Assembly (NCBI GenBank): GCA_003344405.1
Contig: NOWV01000016.1
Span: forward strand, 1-64,000
Direction: 5' to 3'
Length of the DNA: 64,000 bases
Source: Trichoplax sp. H2
Taxonomy: Eukaryota
How positions within the stretch are numbered: the stretch's first letter is position 1; each line of letters opens with the position of its first letter. The position numbers and the translations under genes are program-made. The notes beneath the pieces were generated by a model. The model searched no databases and was not told where the DNA came from. It saw only the letters and a list, made by a program, of their open reading frames with translations. Shown piece after piece: positions 62,620 through 64,000 of this stretch.

Positions 62620-64000
62620 TTACTTCTTCTTCTTCTTAGATCGGATTTTCTTCTTCGTTTTAGAATCAACTATTAATTGCGACTGTCGTTTAAGCGCATC
62701 ACGTGTTACAATGTCTTCATCTTCTCCACTATCTTCCTCTTCTGCAATGTCAAGTGAATACAGTTATCATAAGTAACAATATAATTACAGCCCAAAATCA
62801 TTAGATATTTTGTTGCACTACTTATAACATGGCACTATGCTATATTAATCGTACGATTGATTGTAACTTCATCTTACCGTCATATACGTCCCCAATGCCG
62901 TAATTATTATAAACTACTGGTAGTTTAATACGAGTATTATGTTGCGGTAATTTGTTAACCAGGGTAGAATGATACTGTAAATAAATAATTAAATTTTTGG
63001 TTAATATTTACGAAATCATTGAATTTGTTTACATAATGATTCCTATAGTCGAATTTTAGTACCTCCTCCAGTTCCATTTGCTTTTCGAGTTCCTTCATAT
63101 CTCTTCCATCTAATTCTTCCATCAACTTAAGCAATTTTTGCTCGCATGTGCCCAGTAAATCTAATGTGTACTCATCTGACGTTGGCGAAAGTTGTGCTTG
63201 TGGCACATGCCCTTTAGGAACTTTAATATGGGCTAATTTATCGGCTAAATGTTCTATTCCAGCTTTAACATTAACTAATACGCGAGCAGCACGTTCTTGC
63301 CTAACTTTAGCATCTTGATATCGAGTTTCTTCTGATCCCAGATGAGCTTGAAATTCTTCAAGCATTCTTTCACCGCTCGATAATTTCGCTTCACCACTAT
63401 ATTTCATGGTCTCAAACTCTTCCTGTAACTTTTCCTTTTCTTCCCGCAAGCGAACTAAAGTTTTCTCATTGTTCGATTTGAGCTGTAGTAAATGTTGCTG
63501 AGTATTTCCTTGCGACAAGAATCTTTGAACAACTTCTTTAATGTCAGATACACCAGTGGCATCTTTAATTTTTCGCATTGCATCTTCATAGGTTGTTATT
63601 TTTCGTTCTTGTTCTTCCATATTGACTGTAGGTCTATCTAGGTTACCAATTAAGTCATCCGATTGAAGAGATGCACGTTGTAGCCGTTTCTCAACTTTTT
63701 CGTGCTGACTCTTCTTTTCTTCAGCCTGTTTCTTGTACTTGGCAAGTACGCCCTCGCGATCACGTCGCGCATCATAAGTTGAACTCTCTAGTTTAGATAG
63801 CTCGGACTAAAAATCGATAACAAAAATATAAGCATATATTAATTGATGCTGAACTAAGTATTGCACAATCAGATGTTTGCGTTTACCTTGGCAGAATCTC
63901 GAGCAATTTGAGCATCCCTGTTAGTGGCTTGAAGTTCATCATAATGCATCTTTTGGTGTTTTATTTGTTTCTCTAAGGTGTCAAGTTCATTTGGAAATGT
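62620..64000 (-). CDS. ODAD3: Outer dynein arm docking complex subunit ODAD3/CCDC151, 3' part (5' end beyond the window)
   Basis: Coiled coil with KIKDATGVSDIKEVVQRFLSQGNT, KYSGEA, AGIEHLADKL; last exons LPQHNTRIKLP...EEEDSGEDEDIVTRDALKRQSQLIVDSKTKKK*; TAA at 62620-62622. Confidence 0.88.

Overview
AT-rich, gene-dense eukaryotic DNA with many short GT-AG introns, most likely from a compact non-bilaterian animal genome; a placozoan such as Trichoplax is my inference from composition, intron size and protein divergence. Eleven complete genes and one partial gene were reconstructed by hand: DDX39/UAP56 (+), NDOR1 (-), RPL28 (-), a mitochondrial-clan cytochrome P450 (-), an intronless divergent TM9SF2-like gene (+), GCLM (-), DARS2 (+), ZDHHC12 (-), ODR4 (+), RABL6 (-), PTGES2 (+) and the 3' part of ODAD3/CCDC151 (-). 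Most sit in alternating head-to-head and tail-to-tail pairs, and their human orthologues map largely to the MHC paralogon (chr 1/6/9/19). The most striking non-coding pattern is six unrelated, mostly palindrome-rich tandem arrays (units 83-430 bp). All lie on the 5' side of genes, and four start about 150-300 bp upstream of a gene start. TACAG/CTGTA-rich tracts and near-perfect palindromes cluster in the same places. Other highlights are a U12-type intron in ODR4, a long structured DDX39 intron with a weak donor that may be conserved to human, and a probable TM9SF2 retrogene.
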